Shown here piece by piece: positions 19,171 through 29,148 of a stretch of DNA of 64,000 bases; position 1 is the first letter of the stretch, and each line of letters opens with the position of its first letter. The stretch covers positions 480,001-544,000 of the forward strand of contig CAWJQQ010000009.1 of the NCBI GenBank assembly GCA_963845065.1, in the 5' to 3' direction. The DNA is from Nitrospirota bacterium. GTDB taxonomy: Bacteria > Nitrospirota > UBA9217. The notes below the pieces were generated by a model, which worked only from the letters and a program-made list of their open reading frames with translations, was not told the DNA's origin and did no database searches. The position numbers were made by a program, and so were the translations under genes.

Positions 19171-20207
19171 TGGAAAGAGATAAAGAAAAAATGGTATCGA
19201 TCAAACGACCTCTCCTGTTGACCCTGCTTGCCGCCTCCTTTGCGCTTGGTGTATTCGTGGGTGCTGGGATGGGCGTGTTCAGCTTTTCTACAGTAAGTAG
19301 AAGTGACGCCGTCCCTGAACAGACGGAAGACACGTTCAGGTTTATCCGTGCCTCCGTAGAATTGAATAACACCGGAAAAATTCACACGACCAAGGAACTA
19401 AAGCCTTTCAAGTACAAAGTGAATGCATTGATCGAAAATACGCTGAAAAGCGGCGATGCTGTTGCCGTCTCTGTCTATTTCCGTGACCTGAATAATGGGA
19501 ACTGGTTCGGCATCAGGGAGCATGACAAGTTCTCGCCAAAGAGCCTGTTAAAGGTGCCGCTCATGATCGCTTATTTCAAATGGGCGGAATCGAATCCGCT
19601 GGTCCTGCGGAAAACCCTCACGATCCCCGGCAACGGACAAGAGACAGGGCAAAGACAGAGCGATCAAGGAGAGAAACTTGAACCTGGAAAAGCCTATACA
19701 GTCAATGACCTTATCTTCAGGATGATCGCCCACGACGATGCCGATGCATACGCTCTTTTGTATGCGAATCTCCCACCAAGCCGCCTTGAAAAAATATTCA
19801 ATGACCTTTACGTTGAATACGACCCTAACAAACAGGAAGACTCCTTGTCGTTGAACGCGTTCGCGTCCTTCTTCCGCGTCCTCTACAACGCCTCCTTTCT
19901 TACAGAGGATATGTCGGAAAAGGCCCTTCGGTATCTTTCGAAATCATCATTCAGGAGAGGAATGGTCGCTGGCATCCCGCCGAACATCGATATTGCAAGC
20001 AAGCATGGAGAAAGAAGAGTATCGGATGTCACTGCAGGCGGTGACGGAAAAGAGCTATCCCAGCTCCACGAATTCGGAATAATCTATCATCCGAACCGTC
20101 CGTTTCTCCTCGGGGTTATGGTACGGGGCGAGGACTTTGACAAATTGACGAAAATTGTACGTGACATCACCCGTCTCGTTTATGAAGAAGTCGACAAGCA
20201 ATCTTAG
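19167..20207 (+). CDS. Serine hydrolase, class A beta-lactamase-like fold, membrane-anchored
   Basis: SVYFRDL, SLLK (SxxK), KHG, HEFGIIY...PFLLGVM; N-terminal TM segment. Confidence 0.8.
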   Translation: MMERDKEKMVSIKRPLLLTLLAASFALGVFVGAGMGVFSFSTVSRSDAVPEQTEDTFRFIRASVELNNTGKIHTTKELKPFKYKVNALIENTLKSGDAVAVSVYFRDLNNGNWFGIREHDKFSPKSLLKVPLMIAYFKWAESNPLVLRKTLTIPGNGQETGQRQSDQGEKLEPGKAYTVNDLIFRMIAHDDADAYALLYANLPPSRLEKIFNDLYVEYDPNKQEDSLSLNAFASFFRVLYNASFLTEDMSEKALRYLSKSSFRRGMVAGIPPNIDIASKHGERRVSDVTAGGDGKELSQLHEFGIIYHPNRPFLLGVMVRGEDFDKLTKIVRDITRLVYEEVDKQS

Positions 20208-20438
20208 CCCGTAGTAACGATCGAAGGCGATATCAAGGCAATCACTGTGCGATGCACGCCGAGTGGCTAATGGTTCGTCGCTTTCTCCTGCGACAATGTG
20301 CCGGAGAAGAAGAGACCGGGACCTGAACGCGTTCATTAATATTCTCCAGACCGGGCAAGGCCTCTCAGGCGCTAACGCCATTAGTCGGCGTTGCCTGAGA
20401 ATCTCCTGGATTTATCCATGGGGAGTGTCAAGGATGTT

Positions 20439-22562
20439 TTATGTGTAAAAAGTCCCATCCCTAGTTGTTAGAGCTATGAGAGATGGAGGCGGAGAAAACC
20501 GATCTCCGTATTTTTTTGCATATGCATCGAGTTTATCCACGATGTATTTAGAACCTAGTTTATCTGCATACCTGAGCAAACCACCGCGGAAGGGAGGAAA
20601 ACCGATGCCGAAGATGAGCGTTGCGTCGAGCAAGTCCGGCCTGTCGATGATTTTTTCCTCAAGACAGAGCGCCGCTTCTTTTATCATGAGCAACACAGTT
20701 CGCTCGACGATCTCCTCCGTGCCAATATTCTCTCTGTTTACTGCTCCTGCTCGTATCATATTGTAAAGAGAGGCATTAGGTCTTGTACGCTTTTTCCCCA
20801 CGTATTGGTAAAAACCCTTGCCGTTTTTCTTTCCGAAATATCCTTGTTCACAGAGTACAGCGAGCAGGGGAGAAGGTTTTACTCGCTCCCCCAACCCTTG
20901 GTAGAGGATGTCCGCGACCTTGTGGGCAACGTCGATCCCGATCTCGTCGAGCAGGATAAAGGCACCCATAGGCATGCCGAATTGAAGAAGTGCATGGTCG
21001 ATTTTCTCGATTGTGCTGCTGCCATTCCGCAGCATCACACCGGCTTCATTCAAATAGGGCATCAGAATGCGATTTACGAGGAAACCTGGACCATCATTCA
21101 CAATGACCGGAAGTTTGCCGAGTCTTCTCGACAGCGTGGCGACTGCCGAGACTGTCTCTTCCGACGTTTTCTTGCCGCGGATGATCTCCACTAGCGGCAT
21201 CTTTTCTACAGGATTAAAAAAATGCATGCCTATCACCTGGTCTGGATGTTTCGATGCCGTCGCAAGTTCAGTGATAGAAAGTGAGGACGTGTTCGAGGCA
21301 AAAATGGCAGGTCTGTTTATGGTCCGTTCGAAATCGCGGAGAACCGTTTTTTTGACGTCCATATTTTCTACGACCGCTTCTATAGCAATACTTGCTCTGC
21401 TGTATCCCGTGTAATCCACCGTGCCGGTTATCCGGTCGAAGCCATCGCGCGCCTGGATCGCGGTCAGTATCCGCCTTTTTTGCCTCTTGCGGAAAATGTC
21501 CCAAGCCTCCTTGAGCCCCGCTGCGATTGCTTTGGTATTGATATCTTTTACTCGGGCCCGGATGCCCTTTTCGGCAAGGAGCTGAGCGATACCGCCGCCC
21601 ATGACTCCGGCACCGAACACGCCGGCATAGATAAACTTAGTCGGAGATGGATGGGTGTCTTTTTTGAGCATCTCATTCAAATAAAAAATAGAAATAAGAT
21701 TCTTCGAGACCTCGGTCGGCGTGAGCCGGGCGAGGTGCCGTGCCTCCTGCAAGTATCCCGCGTCTCTGTTATGAGAAAGGCCAAACCGGACCGAGTCAAG
21801 CGCAGCACGAGGTGCGGGGTAATTTCCGTGAGTTTCTTTGAGCACTTTCTTTTTCGCTCTAGCATAGATGACCGATCTTGTGAGCGGACTGCATTCGATG
21901 AGTTTGATCACCATTGATCTCTTTGCCCGGACGTTTGTGGGCCGCGGTTTTCCAATAGCATTTTTAGCCATGACAAAGGCCCTGCTCAGTAAAATTTCCT
22001 TAAAAGTGACTTCGTCGGCCAGGCCGATCTGCCGTGCCTTTCTGGAGTAAATGGATTTTCCGGTCAGAATCATGTCGAGGGCATTCGTGAGACCAATCAG
22101 GCGCGGCAGCCGCTGGGTGCCGCCAAAGCCGGGAATGATGCCAAGTTTCACTTCGGGAAGAGCGAGTGCTGTTTTTTGATCGTTGCTTATGACGCGGTAG
22201 GCGCAGGCGAGGGCAAGCTCCAAGCCACCACCCATACATGGTCCATGGATAGCGGCCACTGTGGGAAAAGGCAGTGCCTCGAGTTTGTTCATGACTATCT
22301 GGCCTCTTCGTGCAAGCCGTTCGCCTGTCTCAGTGTCCGAGATTTTCCGTAGTTCGGCTATATCGGCGCCCACGATGAAGCTTCCATCTTTTCCGCTGTT
22401 GAATACCAACGCTTTGATCTCGCTCCTTGGCGCGAGTTCATCAAGTACTTTATCAAGTTCCTCTAGAACTGACGTTGTCAGTTTGTTGATTTTTTCACCG
22501 CGGAGGTCGAAGGTGAGGACGGCTATACCGTCCTTGTTTATTTCATAGTTGAAGGATGACAT
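20439..22562 (-). CDS. fadJ: Fatty acid oxidation complex alpha subunit (enoyl-CoA hydratase/3-hydroxyacyl-CoA dehydrogenase)
   Basis: GGGLELAL, LPEVKLGIIPGFGGTQRLPRL, GAGVMGGGIA, SNTSSL, GMHFFNP. Confidence 0.92.
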   Translation of the reverse strand: MSSFNYEINKDGIAVLTFDLRGEKINKLTTSVLEELDKVLDELAPRSEIKALVFNSGKDGSFIVGADIAELRKISDTETGERLARRGQIVMNKLEALPFPTVAAIHGPCMGGGLELALACAYRVISNDQKTALALPEVKLGIIPGFGGTQRLPRLIGLTNALDMILTGKSIYSRKARQIGLADEVTFKEILLSRAFVMAKNAIGKPRPTNVRAKRSMVIKLIECSPLTRSVIYARAKKKVLKETHGNYPAPRAALDSVRFGLSHNRDAGYLQEARHLARLTPTEVSKNLISIFYLNEMLKKDTHPSPTKFIYAGVFGAGVMGGGIAQLLAEKGIRARVKDINTKAIAAGLKEAWDIFRKRQKRRILTAIQARDGFDRITGTVDYTGYSRASIAIEAVVENMDVKKTVLRDFERTINRPAIFASNTSSLSITELATASKHPDQVIGMHFFNPVEKMPLVEIIRGKKTSEETVSAVATLSRRLGKLPVIVNDGPGFLVNRILMPYLNEAGVMLRNGSSTIEKIDHALLQFGMPMGAFILLDEIGIDVAHKVADILYQGLGERVKPSPLLAVLCEQGYFGKKNGKGFYQYVGKKRTRPNASLYNMIRAGAVNRENIGTEEIVERTVLLMIKEAALCLEEKIIDRPDLLDATLIFGIGFPPFRGGLLRYADKLGSKYIVDKLDAYAKKYGDRFSPPPSLIALTTRDGTFYT

Positions 22563-22704
22563 ATGATTATCCTCGTCGAGAATTTAGGGAAAAAGCATCG
22601 TTCTACAGTTGCCATAGAGAGCACAGAGGAAATATAATATTGATAAACCCATCAGATTGTTGCTTCGTCAAGAACCCCGTGTCTTCCAGGCAGAATTTGA
22701 GTGT

Positions 22705-23988
22705 TTATTTTCTTTCAACGATCATAGCGGCGCCTTGCCCCCCACCTATGCAGAGCGTGGCGAGACCGACCGATAGACTGCGACGTTCCATTTCTTTCAG
22801 GAGCGTGATCACGATTCTGAGGCCTGAGGAACCGACGGGGTGTCCTACCGCGATTGCACCGCCGTTTACATTCAGGATATCACGCCGGAACTCGCCGAAG
22901 GGTTCTTCGCCGGGAAGATATTTATGAAAGAATTCCTTTGAGACTGCCGCCCTTTCGCAGGCATAAACCTGCGCGGCAAAGGCCTCGTTTAATTCGACCA
23001 GCTCGACGTCCTTCATTTTCATTTTTGCGATTTTGAGCACCTTGTTCGTGGCGAACACCGGGCCCAGCCCCATGCGCGAGGGATCAAGTCCTGAGAAGGC
23101 TACTGCTTTGATATAGCCAAGCGGCGTGTATCCGAAGTTTTGTGCCTTGTCGGAGCCCATGATAAGCGCGGCTGCCGCACCATCGGTGATCGGAGACGAA
23201 TTCCCGGCAGTAACGGTTCCGTAGCGCCTGTCGAAATAGGGTGGTAATTTCTGGAGGGCTTCCATGGTCTGGTTCTTACGCGGACCGATGTCTTCTTCAA
23301 TGGCTTCGAATTTCGGCGGTATGTAGAATGGGACAATCTCATTCTTGAATTTGCCTGCTTCGTTCGCGGCCGTCCATCGCTGGTGACTGGTGAGCGCGAA
23401 CTCATCCTGCTCACGGCGTGTGATACCGAAGTCCCGCACCAACACTTCGGCAGTCTCGCCCATGATGAGGCCGGAAATCGGATCGGTGAGGCCGTCGATC
23501 AAACCGACTATGGGGACAAAGTCTTTCGGTCGAAGCGAGAGGATGGCCTCTGCTTTCGATCCAAGTGTTTTTGCTCGCTGGACCGTTGTAATGGTATCGC
23601 GAAGTTTTTTCTTTACATAGTAGGCATAGTTGGACATGGATTCCACGCCTGCGACGAGCACGATTTCGCTCATGCCTGCGAGGATCTGGCCAAAGGCGCT
23701 AGCAGCAGCCTGCATGCCCGAGGCACAGTTACGTTGTACGCTGTAGGCAGGGACGCGCTGTGGAATGCCCGCCCGGAGAGCGATCACGCGCGCAATGTTC
23801 GCCGCGTCGGAAGGCATGCCAGCGTTGCCGATGATTACCTCGTCGATGAGCTCCGTGTCGATACCGGTGCGAATGATGACTTCTTTGACGATCGCCACGC
23901 CGAGGTCGACGGCGGGGATATCCCTGAATACCGAGCCGGCTTTTGCGTAGGGAGTGCGGAAACCTTCTATGATGGCGACGTCTTTCAT
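22705..23988 (-). CDS. fadI: Acetyl-CoA C-acyltransferase (thiolase)
   Basis: NCASGM, NEAFAAQ, GHPVGSSG, CIGGGQG. Confidence 0.9.
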   Translation of the reverse strand: MKDVAIIEGFRTPYAKAGSVFRDIPAVDLGVAIVKEVIIRTGIDTELIDEVIIGNAGMPSDAANIARVIALRAGIPQRVPAYSVQRNCASGMQAAASAFGQILAGMSEIVLVAGVESMSNYAYYVKKKLRDTITTVQRAKTLGSKAEAILSLRPKDFVPIVGLIDGLTDPISGLIMGETAEVLVRDFGITRREQDEFALTSHQRWTAANEAGKFKNEIVPFYIPPKFEAIEEDIGPRKNQTMEALQKLPPYFDRRYGTVTAGNSSPITDGAAAALIMGSDKAQNFGYTPLGYIKAVAFSGLDPSRMGLGPVFATNKVLKIAKMKMKDVELVELNEAFAAQVYACERAAVSKEFFHKYLPGEEPFGEFRRDILNVNGGAIAVGHPVGSSGLRIVITLLKEMERRSLSVGLATLCIGGGQGAAMIVERK

Positions 23989-24112
23989 GTAATTACCTCA
24001 TAAGGCATTTTTCTGCAGCCGATATTGGGGAAAAAACAAAAAAACAATTGTAAATTCAAAATGAAGGTTCTAAAACATTAGTTGCACCTGTGGTGGTGCA
24101 TGAGCAAGAGAC

Positions 24113-25828
24113 CTAGGGTTTTGCAGATTGTGCTTTCAGCCTGCTCAGTTCATCATTACGCAAAACACGGCGGAGCACTTTGCCGACCAAGGTCTTCGGA
24201 AGTTGTGCTCGGAATTCAATTTCCTTCGGTACTTTGAATTTCGAGAGCTTTTCGCGGCAGTACTGGATGATTTCATCCTCAGCAGCAACCTGGCCATCTT
24301 TCAAAACGATGTACGCCTTGATTTTTTCACCCAGAAATTTTTCGGGGAGGCCTACGACCACTGCTTCTTTCACCTTAGGATGCTTGTATAACACTTCTTC
24401 GACCTCGCGGGGGTAGACGTTTTCGCCTACAGTTTTGATCATGTCCTTGATGCGGTCAACAATATAAAAAAATCCGTCTTCGTCCATTTTTGCGATATCG
24501 CCCGTATAGAGCCAGCCGTTACGAAGCGTATGGGCTGTTTCCTCCGGCTTGTTCCAGTAGCATTTCATGACCTGCGGTCCCCTGATTATGAGTTCTCCCG
24601 TTTCGCCGACGGGCAGCACCTGCTCTCCTGTTTCGAGGTCCACGATGCGAGCTTCCGTGTCCGGCCACGGTAGACCGATGCTCCCGATCTTGCGATTGCC
24701 GAAAATGGGGTTAGCGTGGGTCACCGGCGACGCTTCTGACAGGCCATACCCTTCCACGATTCGCGCCTTAGTCAGTCGCTCGAATTGTTCCTGCACCTCG
24801 CGCATGAGAGGGCCCGCGCCGCTTATTGCGGCACGGAGCGAGGTGAGATCATATTTTTTGATGCCGGGATAATTTCCGATTGCCAGGTACATGGCTTGGA
24901 TGCCGGGGAACGTCGTAGGGTGATACTTGTTGATGATAGTGATTACCTCTTTCGTGTGAAATTTGGGGACCAGGATCATCTCGGCGCCGATCAGCACGCC
25001 GAAGTTCATGGCCGTGGTCATACCGTAGACATGGAAGAAGGGAATAGCTGCAAGAACGATCTCCTTGCCTTCCTGCACATTTGATAACCATGCCTTTGTC
25101 TGAGTTGTATTCACCACCAGATTCCGGTGCGTCAGGACCGCACCTTTAGGAACGCCAGTTGTTCCCCCCGTGTATTGCAGCAACGCAGTGTCAGTAGAAG
25201 CCACATCAACGCTTGTCGGCATTGACGGTGCATGCCTGATCAAATTTTGGAAATCATAAATAGGCGGTATGCTCTTGACACTGACCCATTGTTTTTCAAT
25301 CCGCGCCTTAATCGGGTATAGAAAATTCAATGGAAAGGGGAGAAAGTCTTTCACTCCGCAGAGAACCACACGCTTCACCTTTGTGCGCGTCAGGACACGG
25401 GAAATGACTGGATAGAACATGTCGACCGCAACAATTGTCTCGGTCCCGCTATCATTGAGCTGGACCTCGAGTTCGTGCTCCTGATATAGTGGGTTCGTCG
25501 GAACTGCCACAGCGCCGGTTCTCAGCGTGCCGTAATAGGTGATCACCATCTGCGGGATGTTGGGGAGCATGAGCGCTACGCGGTCCCCCTTCCGGACTCC
25601 TAGATCAATGAGTGCGTGAGCAAACTGGTTTACAAGAGCATCAAGTTCTGCGTAGGTGACTTTCTTTCCGTAAAACAAGATTGCAGTATGGTTTGGATAT
25701 TTTAATACGGTTTGGGAAAGGACATTTCCGAGCGTAATTTCTGGATAGCTAAGAGTTGGTGCAACCCCGGCCTCATAAAACTTGAGCCATGGACGTTCGT
25801 TATATTTATTTATTGTGACGGCAGCCAT
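24113..25828 (-). CDS. fadD: Long-chain fatty acid-CoA ligase
   Basis: YTGGTTGVPKG, GYGLSE, GWLYTGD; ATG at 25828 with GGGAGG RBS. Confidence 0.92.
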   Translation of the reverse strand: MAAVTINKYNERPWLKFYEAGVAPTLSYPEITLGNVLSQTVLKYPNHTAILFYGKKVTYAELDALVNQFAHALIDLGVRKGDRVALMLPNIPQMVITYYGTLRTGAVAVPTNPLYQEHELEVQLNDSGTETIVAVDMFYPVISRVLTRTKVKRVVLCGVKDFLPFPLNFLYPIKARIEKQWVSVKSIPPIYDFQNLIRHAPSMPTSVDVASTDTALLQYTGGTTGVPKGAVLTHRNLVVNTTQTKAWLSNVQEGKEIVLAAIPFFHVYGMTTAMNFGVLIGAEMILVPKFHTKEVITIINKYHPTTFPGIQAMYLAIGNYPGIKKYDLTSLRAAISGAGPLMREVQEQFERLTKARIVEGYGLSEASPVTHANPIFGNRKIGSIGLPWPDTEARIVDLETGEQVLPVGETGELIIRGPQVMKCYWNKPEETAHTLRNGWLYTGDIAKMDEDGFFYIVDRIKDMIKTVGENVYPREVEEVLYKHPKVKEAVVVGLPEKFLGEKIKAYIVLKDGQVAAEDEIIQYCREKLSKFKVPKEIEFRAQLPKTLVGKVLRRVLRNDELSRLKAQSAKP

Positions 25829-26060
25829 AGATGAAACCTCCCTTTTCACTTCAATGGCACCTCCGTTTCTGTTCCTTTGTAGTAGTGTATTTCAGACCGA
25901 AATCATCTTTCATGATTTCTAGTACTATTATACCACAGAGGAGAAGGCATATATTATTCTACGAAAGAAAGCCGACAAGGCCATCGGTGATGCTTATCCA
26001 CCTTTGCGAGAGTCAGTCCATGAGGCATGAATAGAGGAAGGCACGTGGCCTCTTCGGTTA

Positions 26061-27308
26061 TCAGTGCTGTCGTGCTTTCGAGTGAAAGCGTCGATTTCTG
26101 AAAGAAGGGTTTTGCTGCTGGATTGCGGCAGAAAGCTGTTTTTCTTCTGCAGTTCGCCTGATTTCCTTGATATACATCGTGTCTTCTGCCCATTCCACCG
26201 GGATCTTCTTGCCAATGAATTTTTCGATATCTTCGAGGGAAAAGACGTACTCTTCATCAGCAAGACTGAGAGCCTTGCCGGTTGCTCCGGCACGGCCGGT
26301 GCGGCCGATCCTGTGTACGTAGTCTTCAGCGTCCTGAGGCAGGTCATAGTTGATGACGTGCGTAACACCTTCCACGTGGATACCTCGGCTCGCAACGTCT
26401 GTTGCCACGAGCACGGGCAGTTTGCCATCCTTGAATTCCGCAAGGAGCCGGAGTCGTCTCTTTTGAATGATGTCTCCGGTGATTGCATCGGCTTTCCAGC
26501 CGTTTCGCTTCAGGCGTTCGACAACCATATCGGCAGCGCGCCGTGTGTTGACGAAAATGAGCGTACGGACGGGCTGTTCTTTCTTGAGGATGCCGAGCAG
26601 GAGTGGAAGTTTCTCGTGTTTGCCGACATGATACAGGACCTGCTCGACCTGTTCAACAGTGATTTTTTCAGGTGTAATCGATATTTTTTCCGGAAGGTTC
26701 ATATACTCGTAGGCGAGTTCCATAACGCGGTAGGAGAGCGTTGCCGAGAAGAGCATGGACTGGCGTTTAGTGAAAGGAGGCATTTTTTTAATGAGATAAC
26801 GCAGGTCGTCGATGAACCCCATGTCGAACATGCGGTCCGCTTCATCAATGATCAGGTACCGGCTTTTCTTCAGACTGTATACATGCTGTTTAAGATAGTC
26901 GATGAGCCTCCCCGGTGTGCCGACGAGTACGTCGACACCCTTTTGCAGGATGTCCATTTGTTTCTGATAGTCAACGCCGCCATACACGGCAAGACAACGA
27001 AAGCCCGTGAATTTTCCGAGCCTCTCGGCCTCATGAAATATCTGATCCGCAAGTTCGCGAGTCGGCGCTATGATGAGGGCCTGGGGAGAGTTCCCCAAAT
27101 CGGTTGCTGGATTTTTTACCATCCGCGTGAAGAGTGATATAAGAAAGGCCGCGGTTTTGCCCGTTCCGGTTTGTGCCTGTGCGGCCACATCTTCACCCCG
27201 GACCACCCGGGGGATCACTGCTTCTTGCACCGGTGTACATGTTATGAAACTAGAGTACTCGATACCTTGCATTATTTCAAATGGCAAATCCAAATCACTG
27301 AAATTCAT
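26061..27308 (-). CDS. DEAD-box RNA helicase, RhlB-like
   Basis: AQTGTGKT, PTRELA, DEAD, SAT, HRIGRTGR. Confidence 0.93.
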   Translation of the reverse strand: MNFSDLDLPFEIMQGIEYSSFITCTPVQEAVIPRVVRGEDVAAQAQTGTGKTAAFLISLFTRMVKNPATDLGNSPQALIIAPTRELADQIFHEAERLGKFTGFRCLAVYGGVDYQKQMDILQKGVDVLVGTPGRLIDYLKQHVYSLKKSRYLIIDEADRMFDMGFIDDLRYLIKKMPPFTKRQSMLFSATLSYRVMELAYEYMNLPEKISITPEKITVEQVEQVLYHVGKHEKLPLLLGILKKEQPVRTLIFVNTRRAADMVVERLKRNGWKADAITGDIIQKRRLRLLAEFKDGKLPVLVATDVASRGIHVEGVTHVINYDLPQDAEDYVHRIGRTGRAGATGKALSLADEEYVFSLEDIEKFIGKKIPVEWAEDTMYIKEIRRTAEEKQLSAAIQQQNPSFRNRRFHSKARQH

Positions 27309-27789
27309 ACATCTCCGTTTCTAAAGGAAGACAAATTGTCAACGAACTATTCACAGTAGTATACCATAAGTGATGAAGTGAGCGAAAGTAAAATAATGAC
27401 AATGCGTCGAAAGATCATCAGTGCTATTCGCCAGGTTTGACTTTTTAAACCCAATATTATCTCAAGATGAACAGCACCGTAAAGAGAGGATAGAATTAAT
27501 CCTCAATTTGCGTGAATGATGCTTCCGATTGTCAGTGCTTAGACACACGATGAATCACCTGCTGTTTATGCGGTCAAAATGATCTCATCGCGGAGATAGG
27601 GAAGGGATGCGAAGCTGTATCTCGGTTTTTTCTAAAGCTGAAGGCTCCATGAACAGCTGGAGCTACTAACCAAAATAAGTGGTTATTTATGACGCAAAAA
27701 ATAATTTTTTGTCATAGTTTTACAAGTTGTGAATTAAGGTGTTGATAAATTGTCTAACCTACGGAAAGATAATTTTAATTATTTTCTTG

Positions 27790-27824
27790 TTGACAAATAA
27801 TACACTATTGTTGTATATTTTGTC
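27790..27824 (+). promoter_or_regulatory. Sigma70-like promoter overlapped by an inverted repeat (candidate operator)
   Basis: TTGACA at 27790 and TATATT about 18 nt later; GACAAATAATACA...TGTATATTTTGTC imperfect inverted repeat. Confidence 0.55.
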
Positions 27825-27841
27825 TACGAGGTGATATAAAC

Positions 27842-28408
27842 GTGCTGACAAAACTCTTCTCTTCAACAAGAGCGGAGCTTTTGGGCCTGTTCTTTAATAA
27901 TCCTGATGATCGTTTCTATTTGAGAGAGATAGCACGCCACATCGGCAAAGATGCGGCAGGGATCAAACGGGAACTGGACAACCTGGTCAAGATGGGGCTT
28001 CTGGCAAAAGAGAAGCGGGGCGTTCAGAAATACTATTTTGCGAATAAGAACTCGCCCATCTTCTCTGAAATGAAGGGGTTGATCTTCAAAACCACTGGCG
28101 TTCAGGGCGCAATGAAAGCATCGCTCTCGCGGTTAAAAGGAGTCAAGACTGCATTTATTTACGGCTCCTATGCCAAGGGTTCCGAAAAAGAAGATAGCAA
28201 CATAAATCTGATGGTAATCGGCCAGGCGAACATCACGGAGTTAAACGACACGGTAATGGTTTTGGAAGAAAAATTGAAGCGCGATATCGATTATCTGGTG
28301 TTTGACGAGCAGGAATACTGGAAGCGAAAAGAATCGAAAGATCCGTTCATCAGGGAGATATTAAAGGGCAAAAAGATTTTCCTAGCAGGTAGGGAAGATG
28401 ACATATGA
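27842..28408 (+). CDS. wHTH + minimal nucleotidyltransferase (MNT) domain protein, DxD motif replaced by NxN
   Basis: YLREIAR...RELDNL HTH; FIYGSYAKG...DSNINL. Confidence 0.85.
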   Translation: MLTKLFSSTRAELLGLFFNNPDDRFYLREIARHIGKDAAGIKRELDNLVKMGLLAKEKRGVQKYYFANKNSPIFSEMKGLIFKTTGVQGAMKASLSRLKGVKTAFIYGSYAKGSEKEDSNINLMVIGQANITELNDTVMVLEEKLKRDIDYLVFDEQEYWKRKESKDPFIREILKGKKIFLAGREDDI

Positions 28409-28883
28409 ATCGCTAAAAGAAATGGGTATCGTTGAGGAACGGGCTGCTGAGATCTCGGAGATTATCGCTCTCGTGACCAGGGCAGAACGAGATCTGACAA
28501 CGAGTAAGATTCTGGCGGACAAAGACGAGGAGTGGGCATTTGCCGCAGCGTATTTAGCCATGGTCCGGTCGGCAAGAGCTCTAATCTTATCCGAAGGCTT
28601 CCGACCTAAAGGGGTTCGCGGCAGAGATGCCCAAAAAACAGTAGTGACCGCGGCAGGAGTTATTCTGGGTGATCACTATAAAAGTTTGATCAATAAGTTC
28701 GATCGCATGAGAAGAAAATATCAGAGTTTCATGGAAGAGGCCGGTCGTGTCATCTCCCAATATGAAGCAGGACAGTCCATTAAGGATGCTGCTGAATTCA
28801 CCGAGTTGGTAAATGGGAGAATCCGGGAAAAATACTCACAGATGTCACTGCTGAATGATGTTCCTCAGCTTGTTTCAAGATAA
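28398..28883 (+). CDS. HEPN domain protein with degenerate active-site motif
   Basis: AERDL, WAFAAAYLAM, ARAL..EGFRP, FDRMRRK; overlaps the MNT gene end. Confidence 0.8.
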   Translation: MTYESLKEMGIVEERAAEISEIIALVTRAERDLTTSKILADKDEEWAFAAAYLAMVRSARALILSEGFRPKGVRGRDAQKTVVTAAGVILGDHYKSLINKFDRMRRKYQSFMEEAGRVISQYEAGQSIKDAAEFTELVNGRIREKYSQMSLLNDVPQLVSR

Positions 28884-28931
28884 GGCCGCACAAGGTCAAT
28901 GCGCGGTATGCCGAAAGGGGGTGGAAAACTA

Positions 28932-28994
28932 ATGGCAGCCAAGAAGAAAGCGAAGAAGAAGGCAACCAAGAAGAAAGCCACCAAAAAGAAGTAG
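28932..28994 (+). CDS. 20-aa Lys/Ala-rich micro-protein MAAKKKAKKKATKKKATKKK
   Basis: RBS GAAAGGGGGTG 8 nt upstream; periodic KKK repeats; GC-rich hairpin downstream. Confidence 0.75.
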   Translation: MAAKKKAKKKATKKKATKKK

Positions 28995-29148
28995 TTTTTA
29001 TTCCATAGTGTCCCTGCAGTGGGGCCCGCCGGGGGCATTCGAGCCCCCGGCGCATTTCAAGGCTTGATCATGTTTTACTATTCGTAGAGTGTTCTCATTC
29101 ATCATTGTTTATCCGAATATCCCACTGTGGAAAGGGGGTGATGTATTC

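Noticed and set aside
26064..27137. 357-aa plus-strand ORF, and similar long antisense ORFs over fadI, ppdK, glyS and coxA
   Set aside because: These are shadow frames of well-supported genes on the opposite strand and have no motifs.
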